Shown: positions 26,967-41,314 of the stretch, piece after piece
How the letters are laid out: every line of letters begins with the position of its first letter
How positions within the stretch are numbered: the stretch's first letter is position 1
Source of the DNA: Podarcis pityusensis
Lineage: Eukaryota
Direction: 5' to 3' (one strand)
NCBI GenBank assembly: GCA_964106645.2
Contig: OZ067038.1
Length of the DNA: 64,000 bases
Made by a program: the position numbers and the translations under genes
The notes under the pieces: generated by a model
Database searches by the model: none
Told to the model about the DNA's origin: nothing
What the model saw: only the letters and a program-made list of their open reading frames with translations

Positions 26967-28825
26967 ACGAATTACCCGGGAAGCCTACGCAGCTGTGCCT
27001 TGGAAGCACTTCCCAACTTTGCCAGACGGGTCTTGATCCAGCCTGGGCTGCCACGAGCGAGGGACGACGCGCGTTAATCCCACGAGTACTGACTGCGTGT
27101 GGATTCGACTCAGTTTTGCAGCCTGCGCTAATTGCTCTGAGCCGGCTGGGCGTGAAATCGCGCTGAAAAACGAAAACCGCGCTCCCAAGCATGCGCAGAG
27201 TGCCTTTTCGCACCATCATCACACGCGCACTTCTTATGTCCTCGAGGAGTAGCATTTCCAGAACTGCAAACGTAGGTTCCAACATGCACGGACTTCCCTC
27301 CCAAAGAAATCCTGGCCTCCTTATAGGAAATGGGAGCAGCCCATTTTTTGGCCGCACCCTCCTTGGCCCGATCGAGCTCAGCCTCAGCCGAGCGGCTCCT
27401 CCCTTCGACCCCGCCAGCCCCGCTGGGCGAATGATTTGCAAGCCCGCTTTCAAGATACAGGCATGGGAGGGAGGATCTGGAGCGAAGAAGGGGGCGAGAG
27501 GATGGGGAGGCGCGGAAGGGCCGAGCGAAGTCCAGTAGGAAGGAAAGTGAAAGGAGGAAAGAGATTTGCTGAAGGAAGAGCCGAACAAATAGATATGGGG
27601 AATGGGTGGAGTTGAGGGGTGCTTGGCTGTCATGGATTTTAAAAACGCTATTCAGCCGGTGGAGATCAATTACTTGCGTATTTACTCTTAAGTAAACCTC
27701 AGCTGAGACAGTGAGTCTTCCTCCAAAGTAAACGCGTGTAGGGTTGCAGATCTACAATCCAACCTCAAGTATGCTTATTTACAAGTTAGCCCCGCTGGGT
27801 TCCGTGGACCTTACTCCCGAGTAGGCGTGTCTAGGAATAACAAACAGCCTTAGTTGATACTGGGAATGACATCTACAGCTACTGAGGGGAGTGGCCTGAG
27901 GGGCGCGAGGTTGAAGAAAAGGGAGCAAAAACGGAGTGGATTATTTATTTGCAAGACAATATAAAACTGCCTATTCACTTAGAAAAGAATTCTGCAATTT
28001 ATTTATTGTACCACGCACAAAGATGAAAGTACTGCTGATGAGTTTTTCCACCCTTCCAAAGTTTGATTCTGCCTATTATAAGGGGAAGGGGGGAAAGAGG
28101 ATCCCTAAAAATTTGCAGTAAGCCTCATTAAGCAGTATGCATAAGATTGGGCTGCATAGCTTCGGTCAGTGTGCACAATCCTGTTTATTCTGCATCCAGT
28201 GAGATCCCATTTGTGGTTTGCGAAGTGTACATATCAGCCATAATACATATCTGTCCTGTATCTATCCTGTCATTTCTTACAAAATACTGCTTTTTAATGT
28301 GCTTTCCCCTATTACCAGCTTCTATCCGAAGTGAGGAAAAGAATGACCTAACAGCGTTTTAAGCCAGCAACGTGTACACAGTTTAAGCACATGTGTGGTA
28401 TGTTTATCCAGAAATAAACCCATGTAATTCAGTGGGGCTTCCTCCCAGGTAAGTGTGTGCAGTATTGCATCTCAGCCTTAAGGTTTATTCGATATCAGGA
28501 CACACACTTGATCCACACTTTTTGATGCGAGAGTGGTAGTAAACCGGTGATGCTATTTTACTCTTTCAATGTACAACGGGACTGTGGAGTGCGGGTTCTA
28601 GTGCACAAGAATGTGGACAGAGAAACAAAAGGATGGAAGTTTAATTCCACACTAATGTAAAGCAGAAAGGTGTGGTTCTGTTATGAAGTTCAGATGAGCT
28701 ATACAGCTTAGGCACAGCAAACGCCATGCCCTGTTTTGAATGATACATATCAGTCCTGGAATGTATGGCGTAAGAAAGAGATAGCTTCTGAGCATGTGCC
28801 AAACATTTTCCTCTTACTAATGGGT

Positions 28826-29177
28826 GGGACGCGGGTGGCGTTGTGGGTTAAACCACACAGCCTAGAATTTGCTGATCAGCAGGTCGGCGGTTCGAATCCC
28901 CGCGACGGGGTGAGCTTCCCGTTGCTCGGTCCCTGCTCCTGCCAACCTAGCAGTTTGAAAGCACGTCAAAGTGCAAGTAGATAAATAGGTACCGCTCCAG
29001 CGGGAAGGTAAACAGCGTTTCCGTGTGCTGCTCTGGTTTGCTGGAAGTGGCTTAGTCATGCTGGCCACATGACCCGGAAGCTGTACGCCGGCTCCCTCGG
29101 CCAATAAAGCGAGATGAGCACTGCAACCCCAGAGTCGGTCACGACTGGACCTAATGGTCAGGTCCCTTTACCTTTAC
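28826..29177 (+). mobile_element. Sauria SINE
   Basis: tRNA-derived head with B box GGTTCGAATCC; (ACCTTT)n tail; TAATGGG TSD. Confidence 0.88.
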
Positions 29178-31602
29178 TTAATGGGGGCCAATGTCCCTAA
29201 GGTTGAAGGCCAAGGTTCTGCATCAGAGGGTACAGCTTGAGTCCTCATGTCTCTAGTATATGACAAAATGAACTACTGACTTTGTCTTAGTTTTATCTCA
29301 TCAGAAGATACCGTGCAGTCACCATACTTGGAAGGCACTGTGGTGCTGAATCAACAACGCACTTAGGCCAGCATAAGTGACCTAAAACTGGGCTTAGTCC
29401 CAGAGTTGGATTACAGCCCTCAGGCAATGTTTTTAATGAAAAGAGACGGTGCAGCCAAGAATGCTTGCTTCAATTTTGATGAGAGACTTGGAGCCGTACA
29501 AGCAAAGTACGGCAATCCCTAACATTTCTTCTTTAAAGCAAGAGCCTTGTTAGGATCTCCAAAATATCAAACATAACTGTGGGTGAGAAAACCCTTGTGC
29601 CTTTATATGTGAAAAGCAGAAACAGCATTTCTTCCTTTACATTTCCCATGAAAACATGCCCTGTTCAGGTGCTTGTAGCTCACACAATTCCTGTTACATA
29701 AAAGGAAGAGCAGGATCATTTGGCCCCATCATTCTCCTCCTCTGGATCCTCCTGACTGTGCAGAGTTCTAAATTATGCAGGGAATCTCCGTGCAGGGATT
29801 CCCTAATGCAATAGGGATCATGTTATATGAACTCCCAAACAAGACTATACAGTAGTAGCACAGGAAGCTGATTAACAAACATAATATATCTGTAGTCTAT
29901 TATGCCCTGGATAATTTGTGCTAGTAGGAAACTAGTTTCTGTTCAAATAGCTTTTGGGCTGTTACTGACATACACAGAATTTGTTTGAGTGCAGAAAACT
30001 TGCCAAGGTTTGTGCATTCCTCTGACATAGCTGCAAGAAGTCGCTTCTATTTTTTATAACCATTTTATGTGAACTCAGACTAACTGTGATTAATCTTAAC
30101 TACGGTTAGTGGAGACGCCAACATCAAACCTTAGGTTATGACGGTAGCTTGTTCTTACTAGCTGTAGTTAAAATTAGCCACAGTTTAGGGCTTTGATGGC
30201 ATGCTAAACTACTGTTAGTCTAAACTGGAAACTTCCCGTCTCACTGCTACATTGGAGAGGGAGGGGGGAAACATGCAAGACTAGAAATGTCTAAATGCAA
30301 CTACAGAGACTAAAGTTCCTCCCTATGTTACACAGACTACGGCTAGGCAAAAACCACAGCAGTTGCACATCTAGGGGCAATGCACATGCAATCTTAACCA
30401 TAGCTACTCAGAAATAATCTATGAATACAGTAAAGTGCGAACCCACAACCTTCGGATGCCTCTCAGGAGCTCACAGCTTTGCCTTCCAACTCCTAAAAGT
30501 CCAAAGCACTCAGAAATGTATCATCACTTTATTATTATGGCAGTTTGTGAACTATTTGTCCTGAAAGACACCTGGTGAAGCAGGGAAGCAAGCAATACCC
30601 TAGTTTCTCAGAGGAGGAAGGTAGGCCATTTGGGAAACAAAACAGCTGCATGCAGATAGAGACCAGCTGGCTCATTTATAGAAAAAATTCCATCTTGCAC
30701 AAGCATGACAACGACAGAGAGGCAGTAGCGATTACTCTGGAAGTGAAACCCTTAGTCTCAAGACTCTGAGCATTTTCACCCATAAGCTGTTTTGAGCCTT
30801 TCACTTTATCTGTAACGTGAATGCAAAACAAACATAGGTGACAATGTGCATTAGATTTATTTGTGCATTCCAGCCTGCATTAACAATAGTCACATGTGGC
30901 TTTAATAGCACAAGAGAGGCTCAGAGTTCCTCCTGCGCCTGCAATAAACTCTCACACTCATACTGCCTTTTCCCTGACCCTCCAAGTTGTGCTCCAGCAA
31001 CAGCCCATCCTATTAGGTCCAGCTCCACCCCCTGGACCCCTTCCCTTCTCAGCTTTGCTGCGACTCTGCTCCTTGACCTTGCACACCAGAGCTTGCAACC
31101 CTAACTTCAGCAAATATGTTTTTAGAGTGAACTGCTACACCGAAACAGTGCCAGGATGCTTTTGCAAAATAAGACGTTGCCTTGGCACTGCTAAAACATT
31201 ACGCCAGAGATGCTGGAAGATTTGCTGGCACAAATATTCAGGATTAAGACAGAAAAGCGTACAAGTGAATGTGATATTTAACTGTTGCTGCTTATTTAGT
31301 CCGGCTTTCTGAGCTTTGCAGACTGCAGTACTTGCAAGAACAAACAAGTGCTCCCCAATTTCCCCAGTGTTCATTTGACAATCCAATAAAAGTTGTTCAT
31401 ACAACTTTTTGTCAAAGCAATGTCATCTTAACAAAAAGGCATAATTCACAGTTCTGCAGATTTGCTCAGTGACATGGTTTGGATGCCGGCCATAGATGAC
31501 AAAAGCTAAAGTATGACAGGGTAGTTATAAAATGATACATACTGCAAGGATGTTAGGGGCTGTAATTTCTTCTGTTGCTTTTAATATACAGTCATCAATC
31601 TC

Positions 31603-33323
31603 TTAGAATCATAGAATCATAGAGTTGGAAGAGACCACAAGGGCCATCGAGTCCAACCCCCTGCCAAGCAGGAAACACCATCAGAGCACTCCTGACATAT
31701 GGTTGTCAAGCCTCTGCTTAAAGACCTCCAAAGAAGGAGACTCCACCACACTCCTTGGCAGCAAATTCCACTGTCAAACAGCTCTTACTGTCAGGAAGTT
31801 CTTCCTAATGTTTAGGTGGAATCTTCTTTCTTGTAGTTTGGATCCATTGCTCCGTGTCCGCTTCTCTGGAGCAGCAGAAAACAACCTTTCTCCCTCCTCT
31901 ATGTGACATCCTTTTATATATTTGAACATGGCTATCATATCACCCCTTAACCTCCTCTTCTCCAGGCTAAACATGCCCAGCTCCCTTAGCCGTTCCTCAT
32001 AAGGCATCGTTTCCAGGCCTTTGACCATTTTGGTTGCCCTCCTCTGGACACGTTCCAGTTTGTCAGTGTCCTTCTTGAACTGTGGTGTCCAGAACTGGAC
32101 ACAATACTCCAGGTGAGGTCTGACCAGAGCAGAATACAGTGGCACTATTACTTCCCTTGATCTAGATGCTATACTCCTATTGATGAGGCCCAGAATTGCA
32201 TTGGCTTTTTTAGCTGCCGCGTCACACTGTTGGCTCATGTCAAGTTTGTGGTCAACCAAGACTCCTAGATCCTTTTCACATGTACTGCTCTCAAGCCAGG
32301 TGTCACCCATCTTGTATTTGTGCCTCTCATTTTTTTTTTTTTGCCCAAGTGCAATACTTTACATTTCTCCCTGTTAAAATTCATCTTGTTTGTTTTTGCC
32401 CAGTTCTCTAATCTGTCAAGGTCGTTTTGAAGTGTGATCCTGTCCTCTGGGGGGTTAGCCACCCCTCCCAGTTTGGTGTCATCTGCAAATTTGATCAGGA
32501 TGCCCTTGAGTCCATCATCCAAGTGGTTGATAAAGATGTTGAATAAGACCGGGCCCAAGACAGAACCCTGTGGCACCCCACTAGTCACTCTTCTCCAGGA
32601 TGAAGAGGAACCATTGATGTGCACCCTTTGGGTTCGGTCAGTCAGCCAGTTACAAATCCACTGAGTGGTAGCATAGTCAAGACCGCATTTTACCAGCTTC
32701 TTTACAAGAATATCATGGGGCACCTTGTCAAATGCCTTGCTGAAATCAAGGTAGGCTACATCCACTGCGTTCCCTTTATCTACCAGGCTTGTAATTCTGT
32801 CAAAAAACGAGATCAGGTTAGTCTGACATGACTTATTTTTCAGAAATCCATGCTGACTATTGGTGATCACAGCATTCCTTTCTAGGTGCTCACAGACTGT
32901 TTGCTTAATGATCTGCTCCAGAATCTTCCCTGGTATTGATGTCAGACTGACTGGGCGGTAATTATTTCGGTCCTCTTTTTTCCCCTTTTTGAAAATAGGG
33001 ACAACATTTGCCCTCCTCCAGTCTGCCGGGACTTCGCCTGTTCTCCAGGAATTCTCAAAGATGACTGCCAGTGGTTCTGAGATCACATCTGCCAGTTCTT
33101 TTAATACTCTTGGATGCAGTTCGTCTGGCCCTGGAGACTTGAATACATCTAAACTAGCCAAGTATTCTTGTACTATCTCCTTAGTTATTCTGGGCTGTGT
33201 TTCCTCTGCTGAATCATTTGCTCCAAATTCTTCAGGTCGGGCATTGTTTTCTTTATCAGAGAAGACTGAGGCAAAGAAGGCATTGAGGAGTTCAGCCCTT
33301 TCTGTGTCCCCTGTTTGCATTTC
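31603..33323 (-). mobile_element. 5'-truncated CR1 LINE (RT C-terminal part and 3' UTR)
   Basis: ORFs 32265..33353 and 31774..32310 carry [29 protein letters not shown] and [12 protein letters not shown]; (TTCTATGA)n 3' tail; one frameshift at a T13 run (32330-32342). Confidence 0.95.
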
Positions 33324-35008
33324 TGTTTGCAATTTTCCATTAATGGAAAACAAAGCTGCTCATTTTGGCCTTCTGGTTTTAAATATCTCCCCAGTGCAGC
33401 TAAGGAGGTATCTGTGCAAAAGGTGCCTTCCTGGCTGGCTCTGAAACCACAGGTGAAAATTGAATGTGCTTCTGAACGTGGATGCCTTCACTTCATTTAT
33501 TTCAATGGAATGCACATCTGAACACACATCCCCGTTCACATCCTGGTACGATGTACACAAATCTTTTAAAAACTGCTAGAGCTGAGTTGGGGTGATATTT
33601 TCCTATCGCTTGCAAAATGGTTAAGTAGGATAATTTCCCACTAAGTAGAGTAAGATTTAATATAATTACAGCACTCTTGGTGAGATGTCAATGCACATGT
33701 AATCTATACTTCATTAAGATGTCAAACACTTTTTGTATAAATCCATGAAAATCTCATTATCATGTCTGATTTTGATGACAAAACAATTTCTGTGTGTACC
33801 AGCGGAGATCCTACTGCAGCAAGAGGTTAATGAATCATTGCATCGAGAAACATTACCATTTTAGTAAAAGATGCCCTCTTGCCGAGCACAGTAGAATTCC
33901 AGGGTTACAGCAGTTTTGCTAATAAACAGACTACTTCATCATATTCTGAAAAGTAGGAGAGGCAGAATGCTGCAACACAGGATCAGCTCAGACTGGAGAA
34001 GATCAAGGGATAATAATCTATACACTAGAACAGGTTTGGAACTAGAATTGGGTGGTATCTCACAAATGTTTGACTTTCATGTGGGCCCAGTGAGTGGCGT
34101 GAAGGCACATGATGCAACTTCCTTGCAGAAGCTAACAAATTCAGGTCTGATAAGTATATTAATGGAGGCCTGCTTGGATAGGCAACTTTGAGCTCAGGGG
34201 AAGTGGGGATATAAATGCATTTAATAAGATTAAATGTACCACAACATAGTATTATGTGCAAATAAGTGTGCACACTTATTTGTTCTTCAGGTCCTCAGAT
34301 GTTGCTGGGCTACTCCGCCCATCTTCCCTGATCATTGGCTAAACTGACTCCAGATTATGGGAGTTGTAGTCCTGGAACATCTGAGGGCCAAAGGTTAAAA
34401 AAAGACTCATATAGGAGATGTTGCATGCAAAATGAAATGGTGACATTAAGGTTGCAATCCTTTACATACTTACCGGGGAGTAAATCACATTGAACTCAGT
34501 GAGAGGTAAAGTAAAAATGTAAAGAATTGCACTGTAAATGGGGAGAACCTCTATTGTTTGGAACTTTTGAAACCTTTTTTCTGTTTTCCATGAGTCTTTT
34601 TTCTTTCACTGTACCTTGATTCAAATTTGATAAGGTCACCAGAGACCAGATAGAATTGTCTCCGGGGTCAGATTTGGCCTGTGGACTTCCAGCTGGCCAC
34701 CTTAAAAACAACAACTACGGAATAACAGTGTTTACTTAAAGGCTTATACCATTGGCCAATGTGTGTGTAGTGGTGGGGATTTAGCCAATTATTTCAGAAA
34801 TCTTCCGTAGAGGAGAAATTCTGTGCATTGTGCAAATCAGTGCCATGGTTTGGGCCAGGATGATTTAGGTTTAAGTCTCTGAATGCAGGTCCATGATGCT
34901 ATTATATTCGGGGACCAAAGGCTAGGGAAAGGGGAAACAGTCGGATAATTGCATTGCATAAATTGCTTGATGCATTACAATCTTGTTAGGCTAGTGAAGC
35001 ACAAAATG

Positions 35009-35062
35009 AGAAGAAGAAGAAGAAGAAGAAGAAGAAGAAGAAGAAGAAGAAGAAGAAGAAGA
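35009..35062. repeat. (GAA)n microsatellite
   Basis: Direct reading. Confidence 0.95.
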
Positions 35063-35300
35063 AATGATTTGCTCACAAGTGCGCACAGCAGTATGATAGA
35101 TTTGAAAGCATCTTTAATGGATCTTTCAGAACTAGGGAAAGATCACTGAAACAGCCTTGGGTAACCCATTGTTCAGTAAATGACATAGCTGATAGATCTG
35201 TACAAGCCCAAATTAGTTAAGCGGGGATGGGGAGGTAGAGAGAATTGTAAGCCACCTGACTGTAAACATATGCCTTGGAATTATAGAAAATGTGACATTA

Positions 35301-35542
35301 CAGTGGTACCTTGGGTTACAGACGCTTCAGGTTACAGATGGTTCAGGTTACAGACTCCGCTAACCCAGAAATAGTACCTCTGGTTAAGAACTTTGCTTCA
35401 TGATGAGAACAGAAATCGCATGGCGGTGGCGCAGCGGCAGTGGGAGGCCCCATTAGCTAAAGTGGTACCTCAGGTTAAGGACCGTTTCAGGTTAAGAACG
35501 GAACTCCAGAATGAATTAAGTTCTTAACCCGAGGTACCATTG
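35301..35542. mobile_element. Tigger-like MITE
   Basis: CAGTGGTACC TIR, TA TSD; same family as 37615-37840 and 49521-49746. Confidence 0.82.
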
Positions 35543-37614
35543 TATCTCTGAGGGAAACCATTTTGAGAAACTCTGCTTTGTAACTATGGTATGTTGAAAG
35601 CCTTATGAATAGACCAATATGAACATGTCTTGTCGAAACCTCTGAGGTATACACATAAGTGGTTAAATGTTATAGCTTAAAACTTTTTCAGCGCGAAGAA
35701 TCAGAATGCAAACAATGCCCAGGCACTCTCTCTCCATTCAAAGAGCTTCTGCAAAGTCTGGTACAATATGATTAAGAATTGTCTCCATAGCTTAATGCGA
35801 GCGCATAATTGATTCTGATTTTAAGGCAAAGGGATTTTTTTCTCCCACACCACCCCCTTCATAATTCGGTGTTAAGAGCATTTGGATATTGAGCGTGCTG
35901 TTCCCCATATTCCCTCATTATCCCTAACCTTGTTGCAAGATGACTGATTAACAAAACTACTATGTACTGCCTATCAAAAGATACACTTTAGCATTTCCAC
36001 ATCAAAAGCATGGTAATTCATATCTCTGGGATCCCCCACAGGCATTGTAACACGAAATTGCGACAAATATGTAATTTTAGTTCAAGAGCAAGGAGTTCCA
36101 TTGTGCGCCATTACGAAGCTGCAAGTACAAATTACATCTTTTAAAATGCTTAAATACCTGGAAGTCAATGCAACAAACATCTTCATCATGTCATTCATAA
36201 CAAGTTTCCAGCAAAAAAATCCATTTGAAACCAAAAATCAAAAGATTCTGGGTGGCTCATATGCCTGCATTTAGGTACGGTGGTGTTTTGTGTTTTGTTT
36301 TAAAATTCAACTCTCCCACCAATTTTGGCAGCTGCTAAAATTATCAAAGATATCACTGGGCAGGGCGCATGATGTAGCCAACGAGAGGACTAAAAGCATC
36401 AACGAGGAGGGGGGTGGTCCTGCTGACTTATAAAGATCACCCAACCTGATCACTAAAGCAGGTGCGTGGAATCTGTGGCCCTCCAGATGTTGTTGGACTC
36501 CAACTCCCATCAGCCCCAGCCAGCATGACCAATGGTCAAGGACGATGGCAGCAGTAATCCAAGAGCATTTTGAAGCTTATAGGCTCCCCAACCCTGCCCT
36601 GAAGCATTCTCAGTGATGGGGCACTTGTGGCGATCCCACATGCCCCCAAGGTTCATCTGGCCTTCACCAGCGTAGCAGGCCCTGTCCTGTGGAACTCCTT
36701 GCCAATAGAGGTTCAACAGGAGCCGCTCCCGGCCTCTTTTTGACATCTTCTGGGAACTATTATTCAGACAGGCCTTTCAAACCTGAGATTCCTTGCCCAT
36801 TGGCTTTTACGGATGTATCTGACATTCTTGGTTTTTAAAATATGTTTTTGACTGGGTTTTTAAAAAGCTGTGTGCTGCCTTGCAATATTTTAGATGAAAA
36901 TCCGGTTTGTAAAAATTTATATGCATACCCAGGTTGGAAGCCAGGCTGAGACAGAACAAGGGAAGAAGTCCCTCAAGGCAGGCTGGATTCCAAAAGATAA
37001 AAGCAGTAGGGGCTGGGGAGGATTGGCTCAGGACTGCAGTGCGGGATGAATCTTCCCCCCTGTGCTATTACCCCAATATAAATCACCCCCTAAAAGCTAC
37101 TCTTAGCTCAATGGGAGAAGATATACTGGATCCAAGAACTGTTTGGCTACGGTACCTGTTATCACATGGATTTCTAGATTTGATTCAGCTGAACTGGTTG
37201 GCATGACAGGTCTTTCCCACTTCACTCTGTCCTGAAGAGCTTGAGCGTCCCAGGTAGAAAGAAACTACAGTTTATGATAGCTATGCTTTCCTGCCAGGGC
37301 CTCCAAAGCAGCTCAAGGTCCATTTGTAAGGGGTGGGGAGGAAGACATGCAGGAAGTGGTGGCCTTATGGGCCTATCTACACAGTAGTAAACTTTATGAA
37401 GTTTGCAGCTCAAATCCAGAATTGATTACGAATCACTACCTTTTGAGCTGGGCTAATCTCAAACAGGGATGGATTAATCTGTCAATCTCAGTTTCTCACA
37501 ATTTCTCCTCCTTTCGATCGTTTAGATCTCCACATTCAAACATAAGTTTTCTTTTTCTTTTTAAAGTCCTCATGGAAATTTATCAGCATTTTAGTGCTGG
37601 TTTCCCTTAATATA

Positions 37615-37840
37615 CCGTGGTACCTTTGGTTATGAACACTTCAGGTTATGAGCTCCACTAACCCGGAAGTAGTTGCTCCTGGTTGCGAACTTTGCCCCAG
37701 GATGAAAACGGAAATTGTGTGCCATAGGCACGCACACAGCGGGAGGTCCCATTAGCGAAAGTGCGCCTCAGGATAAGAATGGTTTCAGCTTAAGAATGGA
37801 CCTCTAGAACGAATTAAGTCCGTAACCAGAGGTACCACTA
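37615..37840. mobile_element. Tigger-like MITE inserted in an older repeat (about 37464-38020, related to 641-984)
   Basis: Homology to 35301-35542. Confidence 0.75.
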
Positions 37841-39077
37841 CATTTTTGCATAGGATGTTATTTTTATTTATAGATACATTATGTGCACACTTAAAATTTT
37901 TGTACGTGCATTTTTGTACACCTTGATTGCAGAACTGCAATCCAAAATTTGGAGAGCTTCATACGCCGAAGGACGCACATGTTTCAGTTTGCATTGTGTT
38001 TTGGACAGTGTGAATTGGATGGGGTTTTTAAAATATTCATATATATAAAACTGTACTACAATACGAAATATGGGTATATGAGCAATATTATCATTTTGAC
38101 AAGTATAAAATGATTAACAAGTCATTATATTTTTTGTAAATGCATACCAAATATTGTTCTATTTATCCATACACGATCTGCATCTAAAAGCAATCCGTTC
38201 ATATGTTGCAAGGGTTATCATATGTTCTATCCATTGATCAAAGGGGGCCATAGTGTTATCTTTCCAATGAATCAAAATCAGCCTTTTGAATTAGGTAGGT
38301 TTCCTTTTAAATCAAATTTCCCTAGCCGTAAATTTCATCACTAGCCTTTAGCAGCATGAGAAACAGACCGAACCCACCCAGCCCTATACATGTTTACACA
38401 GAAATTAGTTCCACTGAGTTCAAAGAGAGTTGAGTAAGGGGATTTCAAATTGCTGTGCTCCTGTCCACACTTACTTGAACACTGGACTTACTTCAGAGTA
38501 AACACAACTAGGCTCAGCAAGCATTTCCTTGAGCGTCCAACTTAAAAACAGTCTGTCTAGAGCAAGTGCCTCAGAGAAGCTGTACTGTTATTTAGCGTTT
38601 TCAAAGTAATTCATTCCGAGTTAGATTCATATCTCTCATTATTACCATAGCTACTCCGAAACAAATTAGATACAAAGGCATATGGCAATATATCTACATA
38701 CCTGGTGCTCCACTGCCTATCTGATAAAATGCAACCATTCCTGTAAATAAGGGAGGACTTGTGGGAACTGCAAAATATATATTTTAATGTATTCAAGCCA
38801 GGCTCCTTTATGAACTCTTGACAGCAAGTTAACTCAAAGCTCCTCCTGCTTTGGTTTGTAAATAGTCATCTAGGTGGACTCGGAGATCAGCCAAGGAGCT
38901 GCTGTTCTGAGTGCCACCCATTCAAAATGCACAGTAAGGATTTGATGGCGGCAGTGCCACAATTATGAAATAGTCTCACCAGCGACAGGTAAGCATACAA
39001 AAGCTGGCACCATCAACAGGTGTGACGCCAAAGTACAAAAGGACAGGTCCCCACCCTGTGGAATTTACAGTCTAAAA

Positions 39078-39213
39078 CAGGCATAGGCAAACTCAGCCCT
39101 CCAGATGTTTTGGGACTACAACTCCCATCATCCCTAGCTGACAGGACCAGTGGTCAGGGGTGATGGGAATTGTAGTCCCAAAACATGTGCAGGGCCGAGT
39201 TTGCCTATGCCTG
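39078..39213. mobile_element. Palindromic hAT-type MITE
   Basis: TIR CAGGCATAGGCAAACTC; 8-bp TSD GTCTAAAA. Confidence 0.88.
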
Positions 39214-39364
39214 GTCTAAAACTTAGCATTGAGACAACACAGGAAGGTGAGGGAACCAGATGTAGCAGTGTGAATATGTATTCATTTTAGTTATGCTTAG
39301 GCTGTACACGTGCCATACATTTAAACCACATTACTCCCCCCCCCAATAATCCTGGGAAATGTGT

Positions 39365-39933
39365 TTGTTGTTGTTGTTTAGTCGTTTAGTCGTGTCCGAC
39401 TCTTCGTGACCCCATGGACCAGAGCACGCCAGGCACTCCTGTCTTCCACTGCCTCCCGCAGTTTGGTCAGACTCATGTTTGTAGCTTCAAGAACACTGTC
39501 CAACCATCTCGTCCTCTGTCGTCCCCTTCTCCTTTTGCCTTCCATCTTTCCCAACATCAGGGTCTTTTCCAGGGAGTCTTCTCTTCTCATGAGGTGGCCA
39601 AAGTATTGGAGCCTCAGCTTCAGGATCTGTCCTTCCAGTGAGCACTCAGGGCTGATCTCCTTCAGAATGGATAGGTTTGATCTTCTTGCAGTCCATGGGA
39701 CTCTCAAGAGTCTCCTCCAGCACCATAATTCAAAAGCATCAATTCTTCGGCGATCAGCCTTCTTTATGGTCCAGCTCTCACTTCCATACGTCACTACCGG
39801 GGAAACCATGGCTTTAACTATACGGACCTTTGTTGGCAAGGTGATGTCTCTGCTTTTTAAGATGCTGTCTAGGTTTGCCATCGCCTTTCTCCCAAGGAGC
39901 AGGCGTCTTTTAATTTCGTGACTGCTGTCACCA
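39365..39933 (-). mobile_element. BovB/RTE LINE 3' fragment
   Basis: ORF 39378..39881 is the RTE C-terminus (DAFELWCWRRLLRVPW...EKTLMLGK); (CAA)n tail. Confidence 0.93.
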
Positions 39934-40904
39934 GAGATACTTTCCCCAGCACCCTTAACAAACTACACTTCCCAGTATTCTTTGGGGGAAGTCATCAGTT
40001 AACACCATATATGGGGAGATCTGACTCTTTTTGTCTGGTTCTGTAGTTTCTCTATCATCGCATTCATTTTTTAAATGTTGTTCTCCACTTTGGGCATTTT
40101 TAATAGAGAGGATTCCCTCTGTGTGAGGGCAGTAAGCAGGTGCCATTATAGTCCCTGACTGTGTTTCCAGAGATTCTAAAGTTGCGCATGTTGTTTTTAT
40201 AGCACTTTGCTAATATCTTCTGCTGCTGGTGGGGTGTTCCCCCCCCCATCCCCTTCTAGGGCTGATCACACTTTGGCGTTCCCCATATCTCTACCCCTGG
40301 ACTAATGTGAGCGCAGGATTTCTCTGCCCACCTGGCAAGCAGGCCCCGCAAGCTCAATATAAAGGGTTATGACTAGCCAGCGTGTGCCACTTTGCAACTT
40401 CCTGAGGTTATTGTAAAATAATTTTCTCATTAGGGCACAATGCAATTAAGGTAAATAGGGCCATCTCCGGGGAACAGCTGCACGTTTGGTTAAATTAGCA
40501 ATCAGTGCCAATAAATAATACCGCATGGATACATTTATATGCTGTAAATTATCCACCCGGTGAGAGCAAGCTATCATTTGTGTTGAAGAATGAGGGACCG
40601 TTGGTATTGTAGTATGAGGGTTATTTTCTCACGGAAACTTAGAATTCAGAATTGTGTTTACTTGCAATGCACCAGGGCTAACCATAATCAGTGAACATCA
40701 GCTAAGGACGGGGACCCTATAGTACTCCTGATGTTCTTGGATTGCATCTCCCATCTTCTTGGACCACTGATCTGGCTAGCTGGGACCGATCTGCATTGGG
40801 AAGTACAACAACATCTGGAGAGCCATTGGTTCCCCATCCCTGAGCAAGAGATCTGGATTTTTGAATGTCTGTTTTTGCTTAGTAATAATAATAATATAAT
40901 AATA

Positions 40905-41314
40905 ATTTATTATTTATATCTTGCCGATCTGGCTGGGTTTCCCCAGCCACTCTGGGTGGCTCCCAACATCATCATCATCATCATCATAAAGCGATAAAAC
41001 ATCAAACATTAAAAACTTCCCTAAACAGGGCTGCCTTCAGATGTCTTCTAAAAGTCAGATAGTTGTTTATTTCCTTGATATCTGGGGGGAGGGCATTCCA
41101 CAGGGCAGGTGCCACTACCAAGAAGGCCCTCTGCTTGGTTCCCTGTAATCTCACTTCTCGCAGTGAGGGAACCTCCAGAAGGCCCTCAGTGCTGGACCTC
41201 AGTGTCTGGGCAGAACGATGGGGGTGGAGACGCTCCTTCAGGTATACTGGGCCAAGGCCATTTAGGGCTAAAAAAGGTCAGCACCAACACTTTGAATTGT
41301 GCTTGGAAATGTAC
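40905..41314 (-). mobile_element. L2-clade LINE 3' fragment
   Basis: Homologous to 13258-13585; (AAT)n tail. Confidence 0.75.

Larger units (their letters stand above)
25540..27560. promoter_or_regulatory. CpG island / EML1 promoter and 5' UTR region
   Basis: Sharp rise in GC and CpG density around exon 1; (GCC)n and (CCT)n tracts at about 26232-26276. Confidence 0.85.

Noticed and set aside
26479-27633. 384-aa minus-strand ORF and other long ORFs around 24890-27633
   Set aside because: Stop-poor CpG island and microsatellite translations; no recognisable domain.
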